Positions 12,753 to 24,760 of a DNA stretch of 64,000 nt are shown here, one piece after another. Both the position numbers and the translations under genes were made by a program. Position 1 is the first letter of the stretch. Every line of letters starts with the position of its first letter. The notes beneath the pieces were generated by a model. The model was given only the letters and a program-made list of their open reading frames with translations. It made no database searches and was not told where the DNA came from. Source of the DNA: Paraspadella gotoi (Eukaryota > Animalia > Chaetognatha); contig CM119267.1 of NCBI GenBank assembly GCA_051294375.1, positions 12,595,081 through 12,659,080 of the forward strand, in the 5' to 3' direction.

Positions 12753-14110
12753 CTTTTAACAAAATTGAAAACTTTCTACTTCCCAAAAAGATAAGTAAAT
12801 GTTTGATATCAAGAACCAATTTAGCTAAGTAGTAAGTACTAGGAAGAGATCTACAAAAATATCTCCATTAAGTATGCCAAAGTTTGAAAAAATATTTTAA
12901 TTAATACCTTATTGCAAAAAAAAAAAAGTATATATTATATCACTTAATTAGTATTTACTAATATAATAGTTTAAAAAATAACTGCTAAATTTTGATTCCA
13001 AACTTTCACTTCACCCTAATGACCACCAGGCAACTTTTTATGTTACCCTTTTAACCTGTAGAGATCGCGAAACAGTCCGGCACGGCCCCGGCAGCTTTCT
13101 TTTCCCGTTATTTTCAGAAGTCAATTGACTATATCCTTTAGTAAATAATAAACCGGGCTTCAACGCCGCTATGGCTTTGTGCAGCCGGAAGCTCTGGAAG
13201 TGTTTGATCGGTTTATGACAAGTTTCCCAGCGGAGGAGATAAAAATGCCAGGAAAAAGTTGAAACGCGCAGAGCGAGATAGGTTTTCTTTTTTTACTACG
13301 AAAAAAAAACTAGTGGAGTGAGAGTTATTTGTTCATTTTTACAATCAAATGTTATTATATCTCGAAATGACTGTCGGTTTCTCAAAAGATTAAAATAATT
13401 ACAATTTTTTTTATTTTATATTATTTATTGAAACAACAAACCAACACGACCGAAGCAGTATGCAGGAAATACAGCAAAAAATTCTACACTAGTTTCTAAT
13501 AACTACTGGGGCCTTCCAACCAGCACAATAGTCGATATTGAATAAAGGATGATCTGGCGTAGTTATAACTCATCGATATGGGTGACGCAAATCACGATTA
13601 CATTTGGTAACAACGTAACAAAATTGAAATTAACAATGAAAGAAAGATTCAAATAATTATTTCTTAGTAGATTAACACCAAGAATTTCTAAAATAACATG
13701 AAGAAAATTGGGAGGAAAAAACAAAGGGGGAACTTTTCAATGTACAGTTTTTTATTCAATAGAGTTATAAGAGAAAAGAAAAGGTGTAGCTAGTGATCAG
13801 CGCAACATAACGAGGTCGTCTACTCAGACGCCGATGGAAGACTAAAGACCTGAGTGATTCGTTGTTTTCGTCGTAATGTACGGAACAGTACGTTAACGAT
13901 CGAAAGGTTCAAATAGTAACATTCTAATAGACTAAAACTGCAAACAATAACAGAGGAAAGGATAACAAAACGAATCGACCAGTTGAGTGGACGAGTCGTG
14001 TCGAACGAAAAGAGGAGAAACCAACATCGTTCGTGGATTCTTTAAAATTGGAAGTGGTGGTTGTTGTTGTTGTTGTTGTTGTAGCATTCGTCGCTTCTAC
14101 GACGAGGGCC

Positions 14111-14172
14111 TTACCAAGAAGGGTAATTTCGAATGGGGATAGGATCCTGGACTCGCAGTTGGCAGAGGCCAC
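14111..14172 (-). CDS. Secreted two-EGF-domain protein, coding exon 2 (GLCQLRVQDPIPIRNYPSW*)
   Basis: Acceptor tatttcag|GT; splicing in phase supplies the missing 6th Cys of EGF2 (CHCAPGYEGGLCQ) and a TAA at 14113-14111, giving 155 aa. AATAAA lies on the minus strand at 13751-13756. Confidence 0.8.
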
Positions 14173-14650
14173 CTGAAATAGTAATGGGGATAGAATTGCA
14201 TTAATTGTTATAAGAATTGCGCAAGGAGTTTTAATTTACTAGAAATATTAATAAAACGATATGGATTAAAATGAGGGGGACGCAACGACAGAGAGAAATA
14301 GACTGAGAAAGTAAGATGGAGAGATGGGAAGAGATCTTATATAGTAAAGAAATAAAAATATTTGTAGAAATAGATTTATAAAAGGGATATATAGACAAAT
14401 TCTCGAACATAAAGTAATAGTAATAATGATAGTAATGATAGTAATAATGATAATAAACGGAGAAAGATTTAAATAGAGAAACTGAAAGAGATAAATTAGA
14501 TAGAGAAAAATGGAGAAAGAGAATGATAGGAAGGGAGAATGAAGGCGAGATAAATATATAGAAAAAGAAAGACGAGAGAGAGTTTTATGAAAAAGATAAA
14601 TTGAGAAGAGAAATATAGAAAGACGAAGAATTCGAATTAAATAACCTTAC

Positions 14651-15056
14651 CTTCGTATCCCGGAGCGCAATGGCAAACTCTCTGGACGATCTGATCGATT
14701 CGTCCTCCCAAAAGAAAGCAGCGTCCGTGAAAGTTGCAGAGATCCGGTTCGCAAGGATTCTGGCGGAACTGGCACTGACGACCCTCCCATCCGGGGTGGC
14801 ATTCGCAATGGAATCCGTCATTGAAATTTCTGCAGATGCCGCCATGGCCGCATGGCATGTTCAAGCACATGTCGCCCAATTTGCGGCGAATCGCCACAGG
14901 GACCACGACGCTCTGGGGTCCGACGGGAGAGGCGCCGTAACCCGGGACACGCGGCCTCTGGACAGCGTGAGCGTGTGCGGCGGGGGCGCCCCTGGGCAGC
15001 GTGGCGGCGGAGGCGGCCAACGCAATCGTGGAAAGAATGAGCGGCGTAAAAATCAT
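14651..15056 (-). CDS. Secreted two-EGF-domain protein, coding exon 1
   Basis: caacATG start; hydrophobic signal peptide MIFTPLILSTIALAASA; EGF1 CLNMPCGHGGICRNFNDGFHCECHPGWEGRQC; EGF2 lacks its 6th Cys at the phase-1 donor GAAG|gtaagg (14651/14650). Confidence 0.9.
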
Positions 15057-15489
15057 GTTGATTGTATGATTTTTTTTTTAGTTTTTGGTCACGCAGGGAC
15101 GTAGACAAACGAGAGTTGGTTGTTTGACTTATCGAATCTCGAATCGGCTTTTATACTCCTTGCGGTCGCGGACAATGTCGTCTATAACATCGTCGTCGTC
15201 CGAACCAAAGTCCACTCCGAGCCGGCTTCATCGTTGTCGTCGTCGTCGTTGTCGTCGTCGTTTTCGTCATCTTTCCCTCTCCCTTTATGGTCACTTTCCG
15301 CGGCTTCTTCGCTCCAACGGCTTTCGTTATTTTTTTACTTTGTTTTTTGTTTGGGACTAATTTTTTTACCTTTTCGGTCAATCTCTCTTTTTCCCTCCTT
15401 TTTTTCTCTCTTCCTTCTTCCCCGTCCCATGTCTTTCGCTTCTTTAGCTTTTAAACTAGGCTGTTAGGCAAATCGCACAAATTACAAAC

Positions 15490-15537
<48 letters not shown>

Positions 15538-17371
15538 TTTGTTTACATCGGCGCCCAAGTCGAAGCCCCCGTCGACCGTCGATCAGAACTCACTCTATTT
15601 CCATTCTGTCCGTTTCTTTCTTTCTTTTTTTTTCTTTCTTTTCTTTCTTTTGCTTGACCCGTAAATCGGGGATACAATTTTTTTTAGCCTTGACATCGAA
15701 AAACGATAAGAATAACAGTTTTAACAAAATTATATACGTATGTAATAGTTTCTTAATTAAAAAAATAATAAGAAAATTGCAAATAGTTATAATTCCTCTA
15801 TAGATATTATTTGTTAGTACCAAAAGAAACCAACAAATGTCGAATTTTAGAATCGACGTCATCCCCGTGAGATTCTTTGTCTTCGATCGTGACCTTTGAA
15901 CCCACCGTTTCGTCAAAAACCCGGCCCTTGTCCTCACGAGCCTTGACCCATGGCCCTTTGTCCCCTAGGGACTTGACCTCGGGCCCAGAGCCGGTCGGTC
16001 CGTCGTTCATCGATGCTCGCATCTCGTCTTTTCTTTTTATTTTTTTCTTCTGAAACAACATGGGGCGCCGGGGGGGGGGGTACGACGGGCTTCGCCAGAA
16101 GAATCGGCTTGGTCACTGACATTTCTCATTCTTCCTAAAAGTCAAGCATAATTTGGTTTCTTTTCTGAAATGTAAACTGAAGTTTGCCTAAACTAAACTG
16201 AAGTTTGCCTCAGTTTGGAATTTCCACCTTTGTTTCTTTTTCCGTTTACTGTTTTTTTTTTGTTTCTTTGTTTTCCTTCGTCGTCCTCGTAGCAGTCGAT
16301 GTCGTCGTCGTCGTCCTCTTCTGTTTGTGACGCAGCTAGAATGAACGACCGTTTTGTTGTTTTGTGTGTTTTTTTTTTTCTTCTTTTTTTTCTTTTTCTT
16401 TCTTTTTCTTCTTTTTCTTTTTTTTTAACTCATTAAGGACGCGAAAAGCGCAGGTGAAAAAAAGAAGATTTGCCGTCGTTTAAGTGGGAGGAAGAAATTA
16501 ATGAAATTTATCACCCGAGAAAGATTCACGGTGTGAGTAGAGTGAAAAGTTTTCTGGGTGTGAATGTCACGATTTTATTTCGGAACCACGCTTTGCTAAT
16601 ACAGCATTTTCGTATGTTTCACAGAACAGAAACGCGTCAAACGACAGCATCGAAACTACTTCACAACTTACTAAGAGTGAACTGGTTTTTGACGATGACG
16701 ACAACAACAACGACGTCGACGAATAACGTCTGGGGTTCCCTGACTGAAACCAAACTTCCATTGAACGAAGCGATTGAAGCGGGAAGTGTTTTTTGTCAGA
16801 GAATTTGCATAATGCGTGAGCAACTTCTTCGTTCGCTCCGTCCGCGTGATTTCGCAAACTCGCCTCGTTTTCGACTTTCGCTTTCCCGACACCATTTTCG
16901 CCTCAACACCCTCTACCGCCAAAATCCTTAAGCTTCTCTCAAAGTCCACGGTCACTCTTTTCCCCAAATCGCTTTCCCCTTTAGTACAACTTATTTATTA
17001 TTCATCTTTCTAACAATCGTCAGTCTAGGAAGATCATAGCTTTTTACTTTTGCTTTTTTTAATGCCTTTTTTTCGGGAGGTGATAGGGTTTGTAAAACGT
17101 ACATTGTTTTATCATGATCTTTTACTTCTCTTCTTTTGTTACTCCAATTTTCTTTTGACTTTTTTCAACAGTTTATGCTTGCTATTTTATGTCAGCAATA
17201 TATTTATATTTATTTTAAACTTTTCTTCCAAATCGCTTCTTTCAATTCTTTCAAAAAAAATCGCCTCGGCTTTAGCACTGAATCGCTCCACTCAATCGAT
17301 TCCAACCCTAAAATAAAACTCCACGAAATCCTCGCCCAATGGATTCAACCATTAACTCTTTTCTCCTTCTT

Positions 17372-17428
<57 letters not shown>

Positions 17429-17730
17429 GTTGGTCGCTTTCCTCTCCGTCTCTCTAGATTCCACCTGGACGTGATCTTTCATGTTAATCAGTAATCACAA
17501 TGCGGGTTGTCCGTAGATCGGTCCTCCATTCAAAACGTGATTCGGTCATCCCTGTCAAGACCACGGAGTATTTATCCTGCTTATATTCTTGCTGTATTCT
17601 TCTTTTTCTTCTTCTGCTTACATTTTAACTCTCAATCTTTTTTTCCTTCTCGTGCTGATTTCTAACAAAACAAACAAATATGACGTCATTATGCAAATGA
17701 GAAACGAGGCGCGTGAAGGGGAAAAGATGA

Positions 17731-17775
<45 letters not shown>

Positions 17776-18117
17776 AGAGATGAGAAGAGAGAGAGAGAGA
17801 GAGAGAGCGCCATTGAAACCTAACCCAGTCTGAAAGAAATAGACAGGGAGACTAAAAATGGAACGAGAATCAGAAAGATGAAAAAAAATGGTCGCGCATT
17901 GACTCGAAAAATGACCGATTTATATCTTTCTCTCTCTCTCTCTCTCTCTCTGTGCTTCAAACAATTTCAATATGTAATAAAACGAAAAAAATTACTAATA
18001 GTTGAAATAAATATTTAAAAAAAAATAATATAACAATTAAAATTTATAATAATAATTTATTATAAAAGACTTTCGTTTCGTTGCATTTTAAAATTGAGAG
18101 AGAGAAAACAAATATTT

Positions 18118-19948
18118 TTTTAGTCGGATCTGCTTATCAGCAAATCCCGACTCTATAATTCACTTTGTCGGTCCGTCGGTCCACCCCATCAATATTGTCG
18201 GGCACTAACTTACATCATGTGGGACATCAAATTATGATAAATTATGCAAAAAAAATGTTCGTCCGTCCGTCCGTCCGTCCCACCTTAGCAAAAAACACCG
18301 ATTACTCGTGATTGGATGGATGGATTTGAATAAAATTTTGTGTGTGGGTAGGGAAGTGTGTGATTGAGCTAGATATGAAGTTTCGATGGAATCGTCCGAG
18401 TGGAAATGAGTTTAAATGGAAAAAACAAAAAAATATATTTCACTATTTGAACACCAATTGCTCATGAGTGAATGCGGCGATTGACCTGGAATTTTGTATG
18501 TGGGTAGAAAAGTGTGTGATTGAACAGGAAATCAAGTTTTGATGGAATCGTTTGAGTGGAAATGAGTTTAAATAGAAAAAAACAAAAAACCTGTTTCACA
18601 AATTGATTATGCTTCTTTTTCTTTTTATATAAAATGTATATGCAGGATGTATTAATAAAATAAATAATTAATCAGTTAATTAATCAATTAGTCAATTAAT
18701 TAATCAATATTTAATTAATCAATCAATCAATCCATCCATCCATCCTACCTTAGCCAAAAGCTCCAATAACTTGTGATTACCTGGTTGGATTGAAATGAAA
18801 TTTTGTGTATGGGTAGAAAAGTGTGCAATAAAGCTGGATATAAAGTTTCGATGGAATCATGTGAGTGGAAATGAGTTCAAATGGAAAAAACATAAGCCGC
18901 ATTTACTAAAATCTTTTTACTTATTTAAACCAATAAATACTCTAATTAATCATAATTGGATGGATAGATTGAGTACAAATTTTGTATGTGGGTAGGAAAG
19001 TTTGTGATGAAGCTTGATATAAAGTTTCATTACGAGTGGAAATGAGTTTAAATGAAAAAAATATGAGTCACATTTACTTGAATCTTTTTACTTATTTTAA
19101 CCCATAATAGATTGAGATGAAATTTTGTGAGCGGGTAGGAAAGTGTGTGAAGAAGCTAGATATAAAGTTTTGACGGAATTGTGCCAGTGGAAATGAGTTT
19201 AAATGAAAAAAACATAAGTCACATTTACTTGAATCTTTATTATTTATGATTACTAATAAATGTTTTAATTAATTAATTAATTAATTAATGTGAAAAAATG
19301 ATGCAATTTAAAAAAATTATGCAAGTTAAAAAAATGATGCAAGGTGAAAAAATCTTAAAAGCATAAGCATCGTCGCAAATGCAGAGAGAGAGAGAGAGAG
19401 AGAGAGATAAAAACGAAATAAAAACATGATTTTGCGATAGCAAAATGATAACATGCACAAATACGATGCTTAATTTTACGAGTTCAATCCTAATTCAATT
19501 TTGTTTTAATAAAAACTCAGAGAAAGAGAGAGAGAGAGCGGCAACAGCAGAGGCAGCCAGAAAAAAATAAAGAAATCAAAAGGCAGCAGTAGAAGCAGCA
19601 AGAGAAAAGAGAGAAAAAGAAAAAGCCCCTGCAGAGCCAGCTGCAGACTCGTTTTTTTCCCCGATGAATCAGCACTAAAAATGATCATAAAAATGGCGCA
19701 AGTTAAAAAATGATGCAAGTTGAAAAAATGATGCGAATTGTGAAAATGATGCAAATTTAAAAAATGATGTGAGTTGAAAAAATGATGTGAGTGGAAAAAA
19801 TGATCCGAGTGGAAAAAATGATGCGAGTTAAAAAAAATTTAAAAAAAATTGTAATTTATCATCTGATTAGCTGATTACCTACTATTTTCGTCTTCTACAA
19901 CCGCTTAATTATTGTAGGCAGATCCGACATTGTTTGCTCAAACTTGTT
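18118..19948 (+). mobile_element. HINE-like element, full length
   Basis: 5' subTIR gtcggatctgc, (GTCC)n, central tandem repeats, 3' subTIR gcagatccgac then attgtttgctcaaacttgtt; T-rich target, no TSD. Confidence 0.82.
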
Positions 19949-20168
19949 ATAAAGAGACTCGAGAGAGAGAGAGAAAAGAGTAAGTCAGCCGCTGCGGCTC
20001 AGACCGGATCGACTTTGCAGTCGCGCGGATCCGGGAGAAAAGGAGAAGGAAGAGGAAGAGGAGTAAGAAGAGCCGAGAGAAGTAAGTCGAAGGCAGGGAG
20101 AAGCCGATCGGCCGCCGCGCGGTTGCTCCTGGATTCTGCGCTGATACGAGGCTCCTGAGTATAGCCAT

Positions 20169-20275
<107 letters not shown>

Positions 20276-21380
20276 CTCTCTCCCTCTCCGCCGTTCTACA
20301 GAATATTTAAATCTAATTTTAGATTTCTGCTCTTGGTTTAGGGAAGAGGAAAAAGTGTTGGAAGGAAAGCAGAGGAAGAGAAAAGAAAAGGGAAGAAAAG
20401 AAGAGAAATAAAAAAGATGTTTAAAATGTGGATTATGGTCGGGTCACGATTCTTGCAGGTGAAAACCAAGATCGCATCATTGATTCAATGATTCTCCTTT
20501 ATGATTATCTTCGTGAGCGATTGAATTAAAAAGCTTGGTCCTTTGCCAAATAATTAACCAAATCTCTATACTTAATCCCTAACCTTCTCCTTTTACCCTA
20601 AACTCTTATCTTTAACCTTAATCCGTAGCAAAATTCCTAACCTATCCCTTAACATTAATACCTGACCTTAATCCCAATCCTACACTTTTTCATTTCACTA
20701 ATACTTCACCTAATCTTTAAACTTATTTAATTATGAATTTAAGGGGAATTTTAGGAAAATTTTGAAAAATATGGCAGACGAACGCAAAACCTTTGACGAA
20801 ATCAGTTAGTCAGTAGGGTGAAGTGAACGTTACTGTTCCGTGCATAAAAAAATTCACTGTTCAATATTATTATATTTTTTAAAATTTTTTGAAACGTTAT
20901 AGTTTCATATATTGATATTTTTTAGATATGATTGAATATAGGGTGAAAGATGATAAATTTTGTTAAAAAGTTACTTATTCATATTTATTCATAGAATTGT
21001 AATAAAACAAAATAAAAAAAATTAATAGTACCAATAGTTAGTGTTATGTCTCAAATAGATTGAAAAAAAAACCTCATTTAAAAATTCAATCGGGAAGTGG
21101 GGTACCTAAGGCTTACCAATGGCATCCTCCACGCCGATTTTTCTCTTAAATAATTTTTTTTATTTATTACATTTGAAAGAGAAAAAAAGAAAATTTGGAA
21201 TGCAGGTTGCAGAATGGGTACAGATAATCTGGACTTCCTGACTTGATAACCATGACCTTTTATATCTTGTAAAATTTTTACTAAACCGATGAGAAAAAAA
21301 CTTTATATAAACTATACAACAAAAAAGTTAAAAATGTAAAAAAATGTATTAAAATTTGGAATTTTTAAAAAAAATTATTA

Positions 21381-21424
21381 CCGCTGATGAAGACTCGAAA
21401 TGAAGAGTCGAAACATGTCCGTAT
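21381..21424 (+). ncRNA. Minimal type I hammerhead ribozyme (Penelope-like pLTR)
   Basis: ccg-CTGATGA-A-gactc(gaaatgaa)gagtc-GAAA-catg-TC/cgt: intact core, 5-bp helix II, palindromic CATG loop on helix III, short helix I. Confidence 0.75.
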
Positions 21425-22249
21425 ACCAATAAAAAAAAAATCGTTGACGAAAACATTTCCAAACTTTGTTAAAAAAATTATTAAAAAGTTTTATAATATT
21501 TTCATAATTTTATTTTCAACTTACTTCTGTAACCTCCTTGTGTGAATATATGAGTGAGTGAGTCAAAGAACGTTCTCTTTTTCGTTGGCGATCAGATTTT
21601 CGCGCAACATATCAAAGCTGAGCCTCATTTGAATTCCGAGCCGAACGAAAAATACTTTCTTTAGAAGTCCTTTCTTTTGTCTCTCTCTCTCTCTCTCCAC
21701 CCTCGTCGCGCCGCGTCCTCCGCGGAGCTCCGGGCGAAAACCCTATTTTTTTAAATAAATTTAAAAAATCCGAATTTTTATTAACGCCTCCGTTTTACTT
21801 TTAAAATTTAGCGCCTTTTTTATCCGCCGACAAAATATATGTACATTTAAACAAGTTTGAGCAAACAATGCCGGAACTGCCCACGATCATTAGCGGTAAG
21901 CAGCTGATGATATAATCAATTAATTATTTAATTAATTGATTAATTAATTTTTTTTTCGTGTCAAAATCGCCTCTCAATCTCAAAACAACAAAATCAATCA
22001 CAAAATTAATTAATTAATTACAAATAATTAATTAATTACTTATTTATTAATAATTAACTAATGCAGCTTGAATTTATATTTAATATAAAAATAAAAAAAG
22101 CATAACCAAAGAGTGAAATAGATTGTTTGTTTTTTTCAATTTTTAACTCATTTCCACGATTCCATCAAAACTTTATTTCCTGCTCACTCACACATTTTTC
22201 TACCCACATACAAAATTTGAAGTCAATCACCCCATTCACTCATGAGTAA

Positions 22250-23094
22250 TAAGGCGTAGTGAAAGTTACATACAAAAATTATAAAAGTCAATTATGAACA
22301 ACTATGGTGGACTAAAATCCACCAACCGTTCATCAGCGGCCATTGGTGCCGGAGGCAAGTCATTTGCTTCCCATCCCAAAGGTCCGGGGTTCTAGCCTGG
22401 TGGTCGTCTGGCAGTTAAGAGGGACGGGGCGCTTAACCCGCTTGTAACACGGTGTTACAGCCTGATCCGAAGCTCAGGGACTGTTTATATTGAACGGTTT
22501 TGTCATTCATAACAATAATTACTGTTTCTTCACAACATACCATCAGTTAATATTAATTTATAAAAAAAATTAATTTTATGTTTTTTAATTTTTGCAGTAA
22601 GCTATATTTATATATAGTACTATCCTTATAAAATCAAAAAAATTCAAAATAGTCTTTTCTTAATTTTGATTGCAGATTTGAATTCCTCGTCAAAGTTGAT
22701 ATAAGAAAATATAAATCATTTTTAAAAATTCTTTCATTAAGTGGGTTAAAAATTAAAAAAACTATATTTAATATATAGAAAGTTAATTTTCAGCTTAAAA
22801 TATATGTTTTTTATAATTTTTAATCCATTTAATAAAGGAATTTTTCAAAAAGAGTTATATTTCTTATTATCAAATTTTTATGACGAATCCAAATCTGAAA
22901 AAAAATCTTAGAAAAAACTGTTTTGAAATTTTAACATTTATTGGTTTAGTACTAGTATAAATATGGCCAACTTCGTAAATTGTAAAATTTATTATAATTT
23001 TTTTATTACATAAATGTTCATTAGTATAATGTTGTTCATTCCTTACTTTTAAAATTTTAATAAAAGTTATATTTATAAATTTTACTACGCCTTA
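22250..23094. mobile_element. Non-autonomous hAT-type element A
   Basis: TIR TAAGGCGTAGT(G/A)AAA; 8-bp TSD ATGAGTAA (22242-22249, 23095-23102). Related fragments at ~37690-37924 and ~39800-39916. Confidence 0.8.
22303..22532 (+). mobile_element. Solo LTR of tRNA-bearing TRIM
   Basis: TATGG...CTTCA flanked by a perfect 4-bp TSD CAAC. The empty site gaacaacatacc is seen in the paralogous host repeat at ~37730. Confidence 0.9.
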
Positions 23095-23577
23095 ATGAGT
23101 AATTGGCGTTCAAATAGAGAAATATATGTTTTTGTTTTTTTCCATTTTAACTCATTTCCACTCGGACGATTCCATCGAAACTTGATTTCCAACTCAATCA
23201 CACACAAAATTTCATTCCAATCCATCCATCAAATCACGAGTAATTGATGTTATTTTCTAAGGTGGGACAGACGGATGGACGGACAGAGAGACAGACGGAC
23301 GGACATCATTTTCACCGACAAAATGAATTATAGAGCCGGAATCTGCTGTAAGCAAATCCGGCTAAAAAAGAACTGTGAGCGGAAAATGTGAAAATGTGAA
23401 AAAAAAAGTGAAAATGAAAAAATGTGAAAATGTGAAGTGGGAGTTTTTTATCTTTCGATTTTAAGATGGAATTTTCTACTTGCGCGAGCTTTTCACGCCT
23501 CTTCTTAATCTTCTCTCGAGTTAGTTTTTCATTCATTTTTTTTACGCCCTTTGGCTTTCAGATTAAATCTATATCAA

Positions 23578-24357
23578 AACAAATTTGAGCAAGCAATGTC
23601 GGATCTGCTTACGATCATTATCGGTAATCAATTAATTAATTAATAATTAATTCCATTTAATTAATTATTTAATTAATTAATAATTAATTTATTCAAGTTA
23701 ATTATTTAATTAATTAGGCAATTAATTAATTAATTTGATCCGAAATGTTTGTTTTGATTGATTAATTGACTTATTAATTAATTATTGGTTAATTAATTGA
23801 CTAATTGATTAATTAACTGATTAATTATTTGATTAATTATTACATCTTGTATTTACATTTAAAATTAAAAGAAAAATAAGCATAATCAATTAGTGAAACA
23901 GGTTCTTTGTTTTTTCCATTTAACCTCATTTCCACTCAAACGATTCCATCGAAACTTGATTTCCAGTTTAATCCCACATCTTTCTACCCTAATACAAAAT
24001 TTCAAGTCAATCGCCCTATCCACTCATGAGTAATTGGTGTTCAAATAGTGAAATATATTTTTTTATTTTTTCCATTTAAACTCATTTCCACTCGGACGAT
24101 TCCATCGAAACTTTATATCCAGCTCCCTACTCACACACAAAATATCATTCCAATCTATCCATCCAATCACGAGTAATTGGTGTTTTTTGCTAAGGTGGGA
24201 CGGACGGATGGACATCGTTTTTTTTTCTTTTCTTTTTATCATAATTAGATGTTCTGACATGATATAAGTAAATGCCCGACAAGATTGAGGGGGCGGACCG
24301 ATGGACCGACAAAGTGAATTATTGAGTCGGGATCTGCTAAAAGCAGATCGGACTAAA
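23578..24357 (-). mobile_element. HINE-like element, full length
   Basis: Both subTIRs present; close inverted match to 27107-27909. Confidence 0.8.
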
Positions 24358-24419
24358 AAGTTTTAACGAAAAAGAGACCATCGAATAAAAGAATAATATT
24401 TGGCTTTCTAACCCCCCCC

Positions 24420-24760
24420 CCACAATGTTATATTTTGAAAAAGGGCCCCCAGGCTTAACCCCCTGCTTCTTCCTCGGTCCATCATCTCGTACACAATGTT
24501 ATAATTTGAAAAAGGGCCTCCTGGTTAACCCCCTGCTTCTTCCTCGGTCCACCTATCTCATACACAATGTTATATTTTGAAAAGGGCCTCCAGGTTAACC
24601 CCCTGCTTCTTCCTCGATCCACCTATCTCGTACACAATGTTATATTTTGAAAAAGGGCCTCTAGGTTAACGCCCTGCTCCTTCCTTGGTTTGCCTATCTC
24701 GTATACAATGTTATATTTTGAAAAAGGGCCTCCAGGTGAACGCCCTGCTCCTTCCTCCAT
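24420..24760 (+). repeat. Minisatellite, ~71-bp unit x5
   Basis: cacaatgttatattttgaaaaagggcctccaggttaaccccctgcttcttcctcggtcc... recurs at 24421, 24492, 24563, 24633 and 24704. Confidence 0.95.

Larger units (their letters stand above)
21850..23366 (-). mobile_element. HINE-like element hosting a hAT-type insertion
   Basis: Both ends are recognisable; body interrupted at 22250-23094. Confidence 0.75.

Noticed and set aside
14585-15108. Overlapping ORFs 14670-15104(+), 14585-14845(-), 14818-15108(-)
   Set aside because: Shadow frames of the GC-rich EGF exon.
16470-17013. Cluster of ORFs upstream of the EGF gene
   Set aside because: No recognisable motifs in any frame; more likely regulatory or UTR sequence.
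22303-22532. tRNA-derived SINE or true tRNA-Gly(CCC) gene
   Set aside because: The module is internal to a unit with fixed ends, 4-bp TSD, PBS and PPT; the anticodon and D arms do not pair.
24420-24760. CRISPR-like array
   Set aside because: Whole units repeat with no unique spacers; eukaryotic context, no cas genes.
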